This document shows positions 22,854 through 35,500 of a stretch of 64,000 bases of DNA, piece after piece. The position numbers and the translations under genes were made by a program. The stretch lies in assembly GCA_010015585.1 (NCBI GenBank), contig ML975174.1. One strand, written 5' to 3'. The stretch is from Eremomyces bilateralis CBS 781.70. Taxonomy: Eukaryota. Position 1 is the first letter of the stretch; each line of letters begins with the position of its first letter. Under the pieces are notes generated by a model. The model was not told the DNA's origin. It saw only the letters and a program-made list of their open reading frames with translations, and ran no database searches.

Positions 22854-25800
22854 ATGGCTCCTCTCGGCCGGAAAGGCTTCCTGGCCATCGCCGTCATCTT
22901 TCACGTGGTGTACATCTACAGCATCTTCGACATTTATTTCGTCAGTCCGATCGTGAGCGGAATGAAGGCGCATAAGGTGGAAGAGGTGGAGGCGCCGGCA
23001 AAGCGGTTGGTGTTGATCGTGGGTATGTCCCCAGCTTCTATTCTCCGAGCCACCTACATCGTCTCCTTCACAGCTACACTAATCAACTAAATGCTGCGGG
23101 ATCGATACTAACAATACAATCAAGGCGACGGTCTCCGCGCCGATAAAGCCTTCCAATCCTTCCCTGACCCCTCTCCCTCCCCCCACGACCCCTCCCCCGA
23201 CACCCCCCGCCCCCTCATGCCCTTCCTCCGTTCCCGCGTCCTCCACCACGGCACCTTCGGCGTCTCCCACACCCGCGTCCCCACCGAATCCCGCCCTGGC
23301 CATGTCGCCCTGATCGCCGGCCTCTATGAAGACGTCTCCGCCGTCACCACCGGATGGAAGCTCAATCCCGTCAACTTCGACAGCGTCTTCAACCGCTCCC
23401 GCCATACCTGGAGCTGGGGCTCCCCGGACATCCTGCCCATGTTCAAGGAGGGCGCCGTCCCCGGCCGCGTGGATGCGGATATGTACACGGCCGAAGCGGA
23501 GGACTTCACGGCGGATGCGACGGCACTGGACACGTGGGTGTTCGAGCGAGTCGACGCGCTCTTCTCCGCCGCAAAGACCAACGCAACGCTCAACGCCGCG
23601 CTGCGCGAAGACCGCCTCGTGTTCTTCCTGCACCTCCTCGGCCTTGACACCACCGGCCACGGATTCCGACCCTACTCGAAGGAATACCTCCATAATATCA
23701 AGGTCGTCGATGCGGGCCTCAAGCGCGTCACCGCGCTCATCGATAACTTCTACAACGATGGGAAAACCGCCTACATCTTCACCGCGGACCATGGGATGTC
23801 CGATTGGGGCTCACACGGTGACGGCCATCCGGATAACACGCGCACCCCGCTCGTCGCCTGGGGATCCGGTGTTGCGCCACCCGTGCTCTCCGCCCCTGGC
23901 TCCCTGGCTCTCGGGCACGAGGATGGGTTTAGCGCGGACTGGGGCTTCGACCAGGTTGCACGACACGACGTCGCGCAGGCGGACGTGGCGGCGCTGATGA
24001 CGTATCTCGCCGGATTAGAGTTCCCGGTCAACTCCGTCGGGGAGCTACCACTAGCGTACGTCTCTGCAGACGCGCACAAAAAGGCGTCGGCGCTTCTAGT
24101 GAACGCGCGGGCGATCTTGGAGATGTACAGAGTCAAGGAGGCACAAAAGCGAGGGACGCAGATCCGGTTCGTGCCGTTTGGCGAGTTCGATGAGCTGGGG
24201 GGCGGGGTGGCGGCTGAAGCGCAGATCCGCGGGATCCAGGGGCTGATCCAGGAGGGGCGATGTGAGGAGGCGATCGCGCAGATGACGGAGTTGATGCGGA
24301 CGACGTTGCAGGGGCTGCGGTACCTGCAGACGTACGACTGGCTGTTCTTGCGCACGTTAGTGACGGCGGGCTTCCTCGGGTGGATCGCGTTCGCAGCGAC
24401 GACGGTGGTCGATCTGCATGTGCTGCACGGCGGCACGGCGGCGCAGCGAAGTGTGGGCAGTGTGATGTTCTTCTCGTCGGCGCTCGTGGCGATCGCCGCG
24501 TTGCTGGCCGTCCAGCGGTCGTCGTGGACGTATTACGCCTACGCGGTTTTTCCGGTGGCGTTCTGGGAGGAGGTGTACGCGCGACGGGCGTCGTTGAGGG
24601 ATAGTCGCGAAGTCCTATTGGGGCATTTGCACGGCGTCAAGGATTATCTGCGGTTCTTGCTGCGGGCGGGGGCGTTTGTGGGCATTTTGGAGGCATTGGT
24701 GAGTTTAAAATCGTTACATGGAGATAGGGCATGTTGCTGATACACCATCACAGGTTCAGAGCTACTTCTATCGAGAGATTTATACGATCTGCTATATCCT
24801 GGCAGCAGCATGGCCGGCGTTTTATGGGGCCATTTTTCTGCGGCAGAATCGGTCGCTATGCGCCACTTGGGCTGCTTCCTGCATTCTGATGAGTGGGTTT
24901 ACGATCCTACCGGCGATCAAGACGGAGGATTTGACATTAATGTGAGTTAACCATTATCTCCCTCGATGGCATGGACTAAGCAAGAGCAGATTAATTGGCG
25001 GCACCTTGATGTTCGCCGTGGGAATTATCTATCTCTTGTTCGAAAAGAGCATCATCCAGAACGGCCCAAAGGAGTCGATCCCTTCTGACGGACTGTCGAG
25101 GATTATAATCGGTGTTCAGGTTGGATTGGTACTTCTCGCTATGGTCGTCACTCGATCCAGTGTCATGTCTCTTCAGGCAAAACAAGGGCTCCCGCTTGGA
25201 ACGCAGGTCGTGGGATGGATCGTCCTTGGTATGTGTACCGATCGAGCCGGTACTTGATCGTTCCGACTGACCGCAATTAGTTTCGTCATTGATCGTTCCG
25301 TTTTTCCATGGTCTTCGACCCAACCGCCACTATTTCCACCGCCTCGTGGCCATCTTCCTCGCCTTCTCGCCGATCTTTATCATCCTCACCATCTCATACG
25401 AGGGCCTCTTCTACGTCGTCTTCTTCACTACTCTGGTCACCTGGGTGCGGTTGGAGCACCAGATCTTCGGCTTCACGTCGACATCATCGCCTCCGACACT
25501 AACCGATGAGAACCCCACCCAACCTGGTCGCACCGCAACCAAACCACGCCCTTCCTCCCCCACCACCCCCGACTTCCGCTCCCTCACCCTCTCCGACGCC
25601 CGCATCGCCCTCTTCTTTTTCTACCTCCTCCAATCCGCCTTCTTCAGTACCGGTAACATGGCCTCCGTCTCCTCCTTCTCCCTCGACGCGGTCTCCCGCC
25701 TCATCCCCGTTTTCGACCCTTTCTCCCAAGGCGCACTCCTCATATTCAAGATTATGATCCCCTTCGCCGTCATCTCCGCCAACCTCGGGATCCTCAACCG

Positions 25801-26158
25801 GAAGCTTGGGGTGGCGCCCAGCGCGCTGTTCATGGTGGTGATGGCGGTGAGCGACGTGATGACGTTGAATTTCTTCTACATGGTGCGCGACGAGGGGAGC
25901 TGGTTGGATATCGGGACGACGATCAGCCATTTCGTGATAGCGAGCGCGCTGTGCGTCTTCGTGGCGGGGTTGGAGGGGGTGAGTGAGGTTTTTATGAGCG
26001 GGATTGAGTTCGGGGAAGAGGGGGTGGTGGAGGGGAATGGGAGTTTACAGAGCAAGACGACCAAGGGGAAGGAGAATGGTACGATAAGACATTCTACACC
26101 GGCCAACGGTGGTCTGGAGAAGCTCCGTAAGGCGGGAGAGGTAGATAGCAAGTCATAG
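22854..26158 (+). CDS. MCD4: GPI ethanolamine phosphate transferase 1 (PIG-N), multi-exon
   Basis: SIFDIYFVSP, PAKRLVLIV-GDGLRAD, SHTRVPTESRPGHVALIAGLYEDVSAV, TADHGMSDWGSHGDG, LRYLQTYDW and VRDEGSWLDIG. Confidence 0.97.
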
Positions 26159-26220
26159 CTGCTGCAGATAGGTATCTACCGGTACCTATCTATCTGCATG
26201 AATGAAAGTCCGTCTTCAAC

Positions 26221-26286
26221 GCTACCTACCCGCCTACCCGCCTATCCACCTACTCGCCTACCTACCCTCCTACCTTCCTACTTCCC
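26221..26286 (+). repeat. Degenerate CCTAC/CCTACCCG low-complexity repeat
   Basis: ctacctacccgcctacccgcctatccacctactcgcctacctaccctcctacc. Confidence 0.7.
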
Positions 26287-26999
26287 TTCTATCTCGGTTA
26301 ATACCGAATTTCCCATCATTCATCCTGAGCACGGCATATCCGTAATGCAGGAGTATTGTCGCAGATGGTTGCACAGAGGGTTGTACAGGCGTCACACAGA
26401 TGCCGTTGGGAGCCTCTCCTTTATAGTGAAGTCGAGATATGTTATCGCTGATTGGTCAAATTACCCCTGTCCCTACCTCTCGGCCACTCCCTGATCACGT
26501 GCCCTCCGCCCGCCACGATGAGATTCAATTCCTCCTACATTGCACCTCCAACCTCTCCCTCACTTCCATTTCGTTTCCATTTCACCTTCGATCTTGTCAC
26601 TTTATTTAAACCATTCATCTTCTTTCGCTTCTTTGTGTTTTCGTCTCTTATCAATCGCTTTCAATTGCACTTTGGAAAAAGTTCCCCCCTGACCCGCTAC
26701 CCGATCCACTCCCCAGCCACTTCGGACCGGGTCGATCCCCACCCCCAACCTCTCCCACGAACCCGCAATCACCGGTCTCATATCCGAACCAAGAAAAGCC
26801 AATTACCTACATCAATCTCGCTCGACGTGATCCTCATCCGTGATCCTTTCAAATCCACGCCATATCCGCGCCAAATCCTATCGCCAGCCCTCTCCAAATT
26901 TCCCATCCCCAGCCACTCCTTCTCACCTCACCCCATCCTCTCCCATCCAATTTAACCTTCCCCTACCAACCGCCCTCCCTTCGCTCCTCTCTCTTCACC

Positions 27000-28238
27000 A
27001 TGTTCTTCAAGCGTCTTTCCCGCGGCAGCCGCAGCAACTCCTACGTCGACGAAGGCTACGATCCATCCTCGCCTACCAAGGAACCCCGTTACGACCGCGA
27101 ACGCTACGATCCCAACGCCGCCACCGCCCAGCACAATCTCCCCCCCGGAACCGCACCCGCTGCTGCGAGGCGTCTATCGGGTACCGTCACCAAATCGGCC
27201 AAGAACACCCTCGAGAAAGACCTTGACATCGACAGCGCCGACGAGATGTATTCCCGCTCCCGTGGTCCGCAAGATGCATATGCGCCCCCCCTTCAAGGCT
27301 CCATGGGGAGTCCGATAAGCCCTGTGACGAATGGGCATCCGAACGGGTTCCCCATGAAGGCAGGATATGGACCCGATCATGCGACCGGACTGGCGGCAGG
27401 GAAGACAGAACCAATGCCGGATTTGTTGACGCGAGCGTTCAACGAGGCGATTAGGCCGTATACGGATCAGATCGACCAGTTGGAGGCGCAGGTCGCGGAG
27501 CTGCAAGCTTGGGTGGAGTCGTTGGAGAGGGAAAGGAGTGAGGTGCATAGCTGGATTGACAAGCGGGGGTTACGGCCTGGTAAGTTCCCTCGTCCAAGCA
27601 CCAACGAGTGAAATCGTTCCTCGTCAACCGGAAGAGACTAACAGCAATACGTAGACGTCCCTTCAAGCATCGCCAAGCAAATGGACGCCTCCCCGGACGC
27701 CGCCGCCACGCTCAACGCCCAACTCGACCGCAAAATCACCATCGTCAATTTCGACCTCCACCGTCTCCAAGATGACCTCAACGACTCCATCTCCGCCTCC
27801 CACTTCGCCGCCGCCATGTCCAAATTCCTCCCGGACATCTCCCGCCTCGCCCGCCTCCCCGCGGGCCCCCGCTTCGCCTTCGACCTGATCCTCAAGCTCG
27901 GCGGCAACCTCAACTCCCACGGCGGCCTGGAATCCTCCGGAGACACCGGCGACCTGCTGGCACGGAAGGAGTTCTACCACCGGCTCGACGATGAGATGGT
28001 CAGCGTCGTGCGCCGACGGTTCGACGACGAGGGCCATGACTGGGGCGTGCAGCGCGAGATCAAACGCATCGAGAAGACCGCAAGCTACCTGCGGAACTAT
28101 GGCGTTGAGCCGTACTTCCCCGGCACCCTGGAGGTGATGAAGAGGAGTGAGGTCGGCACGAATGGGTTTGCGGGGAATGGAGTCGACGTGAACGGTGGGC
28201 CGGTGGCGGGGGGTACGCCACCGACGAGGTATAGTTAG
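27000..28238 (+). CDS. Uncharacterised fungal protein with a short coiled coil (intron 27580-27654)
   Basis: Two codon-biased ORFs are joined in frame by GTAAGT...TAG (WIDKRGLRP-DVPSSIAKQM). Confidence 0.85.
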
Positions 28239-28857
28239 GGGAACGTGGTGAGAGGCTCGTGGGTGCGCCGGAGTCTTTCATCTTGCTTTCGGGAGGGGTA
28301 GCCGTCATTTTCGCGGATGACTGGCAGCACTTTCTCTCCGGAGTGGATTTCCGGCGGCGCATTGATCGGGCACATCCCCCCCGATGTTCGTTTCGAGTAT
28401 TGTTTAATATGCCCACCTACCCCTTTTCCTTCCTTTCTTGTTCTCAGCATTTTTTCCACCGCGCAAAAAACGGACGATGGGACGAATTTCCTTTGTTGGA
28501 GAAGAATCCAGGGGATTCTTCTGGGTTGGTGATGGGGGGATTGGACCTTCGATGGATCTAGAAGGCAGCGCGGGTTTGGTGTTCACAAGGAGCGAATGAC
28601 GGGCATAAATCCTGTAGCAATTCAACTGCAATCGAACCCTTCCAACCCGACTATTGAATCCTAAACGCGAATGACTCGAGACCGAATTTTCGGGATCCAA
28701 AACAACTCCTCCACTCGAGGCTCGAGACCGAAACCAAAATGGATATCACAACTCATCAGGACGAGACATGAAATAACCAATCCATCCCACTGAAACACCC
28801 CCCCAAACCCACCCAATCACCTTCCTCGTAACACCATCTCCCACAATCCCCCCAAAT

Positions 28858-30840
28858 TCACCCCTCCATCTCCACCCGCGCGCTCATACTCCCCATGACC
28901 CGCCCATAGAACTTCGCCGCGCTCCCTCGCGGGAAGCAGATCTCCTCGGTCAGATAGTCCGGCAGGATCGCCAGCAGCTCCCGGTCGTTTTTCGCGTCCA
29001 GCAGCGGCGTATAGCCGATCTCGTCGTCCTCGTAGGCGTTGCTGCTGGGGAGGTGGGGGGTGGTGGAGCCTTTGGAGGGGGCGTCGGGGGAGGGGACGTG
29101 GAGGTTGAAGCGGAGGGCTGAGAGAGGTTGTTAGATTTGTGTTCTTGGATGTAACGACGGAAGAGAGGAAGGAAAGACGGGGGTAAAATGAACGAATACA
29201 AAAAAGGAGAGAAACTTACTTCCGTTCGGCCCCGTCTGAATGCAATCGAACACATCCTCTCGCTCCCCCCGCTTCACCGCCCGGATCATCAACCCCGTCA
29301 AATCGCTATACAACTCCTCCTTCACCCGCATCTCCCGCACCTCCCGCTCCTTCTCCGCCACCGCCAGCTCCACTGCCGCCTTTCCCCCCGCGCCCCGCTG
29401 CACCACCGGCAGCGCCTTCTTCGTGCTCGCCGGCGGCTTCCCCGTCTCTGCGGGCGCCGACGACGCGCGCGTGCTGGCGAGCTTGGCGGCGAGGGATCGG
29501 TTCTCGGACTGTGCGGATTGTAGGGCAGCGGAGAGGGATTTGGCGTCGGACTGCGCGGAGTGCAGGGCGGAAGAAAGGGATTTGGAGTCGGTGTGGAGGC
29601 CGGCGTTTTCGGCGGTGAGGGCATCGAGTTTGGTGGCGAGGCGCTGGTTTTCCGAAGTGAGGGAGTGATTTTGGGAGGTGAGGGCGTGGGTTTGGGTGGT
29701 GAGGGATTTGGATTGGGCAGTGGCGGTGGTGAGCTGGGTGGTGAGGGTCGTAATTTGGGTGGTCAGATGGGAGGTGTCGGGGGGTGGGGTGGTGGTGGAG
29801 CGGGCGATGGAGAGTTCGCGCTTGAGGGAGGCGATGAGGTCATCTTGGGCTGGGGGGTGTTAGTATGTTTCTAAAAGATCATGGTTCTAGAGGAGATGTG
29901 GCATACCTTTGGCTCTTTGGTCGGTACCTTGACGCAGACGGTCGAAGTTCGTTTCGGCATCCTGCATCCCGACTACTCGCAGGTTGCGGTACTTGAGCTC
30001 CAGGGACTCCATCTTCTTCGTTAACTCCCCAATCCGACGCCGTAACATCGGATCACTGCTCCGCTCCGTGTCAGAGAAGCTGCCTCCTCTCCAGCCCATC
30101 CCCAGCGGCTGTGGCTGCCGTGACGTTGATCGCGTGCGTGCGCTCGCCGTCGCAGATGGTATCGGCCTCAATGCTGTGCGAACCGGCACCGGCACCGGTA
30201 CCATCGCCTCTTCCTCCTCCTTCACTGGCTCATCCACCTCCATCGCCATCGCTTGCTCTTCTTCCTCCACCGACTCCTCCACGTCTTCCTCCGGCTCCTC
30301 CACAATTACCTCCTGCCTCCCCTTCTTCCTCGGCGCCGGCCTCCCATTTCGCTCATGTGCCGGTATCGTCGCCCGCGCTCTCGACCTACTCGGTGCCCTC
30401 GTCTTCCCCGCTTTCCCTTTTGCCGGCTTCACCGCCTCGACCGGTGGCATAGGTATTTCGACCAGACTGACGTCCTCGACCGCCGCGTCGAACTCATCCA
30501 CCTCTTCCGTATCGCTTCCGCCCACTACTTCACCAGCAGGATTCGGTCGCTCCGCGAGCGCGGCGCGGGATGCCTTGGTGGTGCCGGCCTTGCGCTTCGT
30601 GCCGCCCGTTACGACGAGGGATGCGCCGCTGGTTCGGCGCGCGGCTGGTTTCTTCGCGACGCGGTTTGTGGCGCGGGTGGTGGCCGGTTTGGGTTTCGCT
30701 GTGCCTTTGCGCTTCGAGGGGGCAACGTTCTCGTTCGTGGAGTCGGGCGTCGGCATCATGCCGTGGTCGGATTGGAAGTCGTCATCTGAGAGAGGATCGA
30801 CGAGCTGCGCCAGGGACGTCGCTGCAGCGCGTTTCGGCAT
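28858..30840 (-). CDS. CSM1: Monopolin complex subunit Csm1/Pcs1, 3 exons
   Basis: Disordered N-terminus and coiled coil, then KEELYSDLTGL...FDCIQTGPNG and YTPLLD...LPDYLTEEICFP...AKFY, the Csm1/Pcs1 C-terminal domain. Confidence 0.88.
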
Positions 30841-30907
30841 GGTGGATGGTTCTGAGAGTGCGATTATTTCAGAACGTTCGTTTTAGGAGATTTTGTCGTA
30901 AGAAGTT

Positions 30908-31043
30908 ACGCGATGGCGATACAATTCGCATCATAGTTGGGATGGCGGGGAGTTGACATTTGACAAGGAGCCGCGAAGTTTGTAAACAAACAAGGATGTG
31001 ACTAGCGTGGCTGTTGGTTGGTGGATTGTATCAGTCACGTGAT
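30908..31043. promoter_or_regulatory. CSM1 promoter motifs: MCB/SCB-like ACGCGA and CGCGAA, forkhead GTAAACAAA, E-box GTCACGTGAT
   Basis: Motifs at 30908, 30972, 30982 and 31034, within about 200 bp upstream of the ATG of a chromosome-segregation gene. Confidence 0.45.
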
Positions 31044-31248
31044 ACTCATATCTCCCCTAATTCCACCAAATTCCCAACCGTATCATACATCACTCTCATC
31101 TTGCAGAGCGAAGATATTATGTATGATGTACGATTCCAATTCGCATCATCTATCAGTTTGAGAAGATGTAGAGGCTATTGTATATTGTACCAAGCTCTAT
31201 CGGCTACTAGATCATCATTCTCGCACTTCAAACCTAATATCAAAGAAC

Positions 31249-31283
31249 TGCCGCAAGCATGGTTCGAACCGGCGACCTTACAC
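31249..31283 (-). pseudogene. Degenerate tRNA 3'-half fragment
   Basis: The minus strand reads GTGTA AGGTC GCCGG TTCGAAC CATGC TTGCGGC A, the spacing of anticodon-stem 3' strand, variable loop, T-arm, acceptor strand and discriminator. The T stem has 2 mismatches and no 5' half is visible. Confidence 0.4.
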
Positions 31284-32579
31284 ATCTAGATATTCGCTTA
31301 CAAAAACACTTGATGTACCTTTTGAAACCAGGTACCTGTCAGTTGTCCATCAAAACAGCGTCTCTGCAGCAAAAGCAAAAACTTGCCCCACCTTCATTGG
31401 GTGGGTGAAGAAAGTCAACCATCTCGCAGGCCCCAGGTGTCTGTTCCATGGGACTGGTATCATTTTTCAGCTGTACTTGATCCGCATCGGTCGTTAAACC
31501 AATATGACCATTTCCGCTGATAGTAAAATTGCCAGATTTACATATATACTACATTTAATTCACCCTTCTCAACACATGTGAAAGGTGCCATGCTAAAGAA
31601 CTATTCAGTGGACAACACACCAGATGCCGGCTGTCTCTTTATACTCTCCTATCTCCATAGATTCGGTCTCTTATCCCAATTACTCTGACGAGTTCAAGGT
31701 ACGCCTGGACCTAGGAGAGTGTTCGAGTAGCCCCCCAGTAACAGAGGCCTATCAGATTGAGTTCTGACAGCTAGAGCAACAAGCATCAGGGTTATTTCAC
31801 TTACCAAGGCGCGGGATAGCCTGAGCTGAAGGTGTTAGAGGATCTGATTATATGCGCAAACCGTGTCGGAGCGAGTTAGAATTCCCTTTCATAGTTTCGA
31901 ATTCGGTTCCAGAGTTGTTCCATCAAGCATGGCGTCCTAGTTGTATATCAACAAATCTTCTTCTCAATATGTTCTTCTACCGTACTTTCAGGCCTGTGGG
32001 CATTCGGTAGTCGCATACGGTAGATCTGCCTCATATCGGAGAGACGAAGGACGGGATTCCACACTTGCCAATATATTCAGGGTGACCGCTATAATTCCAG
32101 TGCCCGTGGATTCTCAAGTAAGCAAACGCTCGCCATTCCAACCCGCGGGCCCCGAACAGCGCATTTTCTTGGCTTAGGAACGGTTTGACTTCACCCGGAG
32201 CATATAGAACGGCGCAGAACTTCGGCAAACACACGCGGAACGAACGCATCGCTAATAGACGGGATTGCATGCACCGCTTGCTACGCACGAAAACGTACTA
32301 AAACCCTCTCAACGACGGACCAATCCAGCCCCGAATGTCAAATTCACACGGAACATTCTTCCAATCACCCGCAAAAGGGCCTTTTCATATTGACTGATAA
32401 ACGAACACGGCCCAATAAACACACCAAGTGTGGAGAACATGTTTTCAAACACGAAAAAAACAGTGGAAGAGGGTATCTGGAACGAAAGGATGTGCCACAA
32501 AGGAAACACGCTGCCGCCAAATGCCGATATCAAGCACACCCGTCGATTTGGGCGGTGCGCGGCGGTACGCTCGTCTACA

Positions 32580-35500
32580 TCATGTAGACTCAGCACCGGT
32601 GGTCGTCGCGGTGTCGGAGCCGTTGTCCAGCTTGATTGTTCTGGCGAATTCGTCAGCAAGACATCGAAAGTAGGAACGAACGCCCTCGCGGACGAAAAAG
32701 CCCACTCACCTCGCCGCCTCCCCCAGAAAATCATCGTTCAATTCTTCCAACTGCCGTGCCTGCTCCTGGAGGCTGGCCAACTACACCGTAAAAAAACCCG
32801 TTAGCGTCACCCCCATTAAAATACCAAACATCAAAACTCATCGCGCCGCGCAGAAAAGAAGTAAAAAACCCCCCGGAACGGCGGGAACGACGACGATGGT
32901 CGGGCACACCGGTACAGGACCGCCACCAGCGCCCCGACCCCCACCCCCACGGTCCCCGCCACCCCGAGCGATCGACATGAAACAGCACGCGCCAAACACG
33001 AGGAAAAAGCGAAGGGAAGGCCCACAGTTCCCTCGATCGAGAAGCCCTGCGTACCACCGCCCACACGTCCAGCACTAACCTCTCCAGCCACGCTCTCGGC
33101 ACTCTCCTCCGCCGCATCCACCTCCTTCTCCGGCGCCGCCCACCGGCTGCTCTCTAGCCCCTTCCCCGCATTCCGCAGCTTCTCGTTCTCCACCCCACTG
33201 GCTCGCAACTTCGCTTCGAGCTCCGCAATCGTCGTCTCCAGCCGGATCACATGCTCGTGCGACGCGGCGACCTTGCCCGCGGCCTTCTGCGACGTCTCGA
33301 CCTGCGCCTGTAGTTCCGCGAGGCGGTTCTCGAGCTCTTTGCGGGCGTTCGACGCATCGGCGGCGGCTGCTTCCAGGGACTGGATCTGCGCTGCGTCGGT
33401 GGCGTGGGCCGTGGCGGCGTCTTTGGTTGCCGTGAGGTCTTTGCTGAGTTTCTCGACTTGGGTGTTGAGTTCGGCGTTCATGGTTTCGAGGGCGTCAGCG
33501 CCGGCGACGGCTTGAGCGGCTTCGGATTGGGCTTTGGCGAGGGCCGCTTTTTGTTCGTCGAGGGAGGCTTCGAGGGTGACGACCTTTTCGGTGTAGGTCT
33601 TGTCGGCCTCGTCCCTGGTTTTCGTGGTGGATTGCTCCCATTCGGATTGCGCCGCGGCAAGACTCGAGGCGTGGATCTTCTCGAGCTCCCCGAGCGCCGT
33701 GGCATGCTTGGCCTCGAGATCTGTGACCTTCTGGTCGCCGGATTCTGCAGCGGATGTAAGAGCCGCGAGCTTATCTTGGAGGGACTTGAGTGACTCCTCC
33801 GACTCGACCGATCGACTCGTCAACTCAGCGGCATGCTGTTCCTGGAGTTTCGACTTCTCCTCCAGCACAGCTTGGCGGTCAGCTTGGTGGTCAGCTTGTA
33901 ATTTCTCAATGGCAGATTTGTGTGAGCCCGTCGCCTTCTCGAGTTCCGAAGCCAATGAAGCTTGCTCTGCTTGCAACGCCTCCAGCTCCGCCGCGTGCTG
34001 CTGCTGGAGCTTGGCGCGCAGCTGCTCGAGCGCATCGGAATGGCCCTGCTCCGCACCGCTCTGGTCCTTGAGTGCGGCATCGAGCTTCGACTGGAGCGCA
34101 CTCAGGGTCTCCGCCTTTGCGGATTCGAGAGTCTTGACCTTCTCAACATGTTCGTCGATGAGGGATTGGATCTTGGCTTCGTGCTCTTCCGTAGACTGGG
34201 CAACGCTCTTTTGCACTTTCTCCAGATCCGCGGTCTGCTTGGCGTCCTTCTCTTCCGCTTCCTTTTCCAGGTTGTGGAGGATCTGGGTAACACTCTGGGT
34301 CTGCAAACGAGCGGCCTCCAATTCGCCTTGGAGCGACTTCGCCTCTTTCTGGGCGCTTTCCAGCTGTGATTTCAAGGAGTCCAAATCCTTGGTTTGCTCA
34401 GTCAATTTAGCATTCTCTTGCTGAGCGGTGTCCAGCTGTGATTTCAAGGACTCCAAATCCTTTGACTCCTCCACCAAGTTAGCATTCTCCTTCTGCACAG
34501 CCTTGATCTTATCCTGGAGCTTCTCAATCACCCCCTTCTGCTCCTCCACCTCTCCACTGAAACGAGCTTCAACCTCCTCTTTCTCCTTCACTAACGTCTC
34601 CGCATCCTCTTTCGATTTCGCCTGAAGGTCCTTCAACTCCTTCGCCGCCGCGAGTCCCTCGTTCTGCGAGTTCGCGATCATCTCTCTCTGGCCTTGGAGC
34701 TCGGTCTGCAGTTCCTCGATGATGCTGCGCTGCCGCTTCTCCTCCTCCGTCGCGGTCCGCGCTGCATCAGCTGACTCGTGCTGCAATGTGGAGATCTGCT
34801 CCTGGAGTTTCGTCTCGATCTTGCTCTTCTCCGCCAGTTCGGCTTGATGGCTTTCCTCGCTATCGCGCAAGGTCGTGATCTCTACTTGCAACGATGTGAC
34901 AGATTGGGTGAGCGAGGCGATCTTTTCGTTCAATTCGGTGGTCGAGGCATCAGATCCCTTTTGCAGTTGCTCCTTCTCGGCTGTAAGGGTATCACGAACG
35001 GCATTAACCTTCTTGATTTCCTCATCCTTAAACTTCACAAGGGCGTCGTTCGATTCCTTCAGCTCAGTAATAGCAGACTGCAACTCATCGACGGTCCTCG
35101 TGCCTTGCGCGCCATCTGTCTCGAGCTTCTTAATTGTTTCCTGCAAAGAAGTGACGATATCTTTCGTGCTGCTGAGCTCCTCGTCCTTCACCTTGACCTC
35201 CTCTTCCTTTGTTTTCTGCAGATCTTCGAGCTGTTTCTGGAGCGTAGCGTGCAGTGTCTCGGATTCCTGCGCGGCCTCTTTGGCGAGCTTCTGGGCCGAA
35301 TCGTGTGTCTCCTTGAGCGTCTGTAGCTCGAGTTCAAGCTGCTTAACTGACTCCCCCGATTTTGCGAGGCTTGATTCAACCTCCTTCGCCTGCGCAGCTG
35401 ACGTCTGACGGAGGGTTTCAAGCTCGGATTTCAGCTGGACGGCCTCCTCCGCCGACCCCGAGTTCTCCTTCACCGCAGCTTCCAGCTCCTTGATCTTTCC

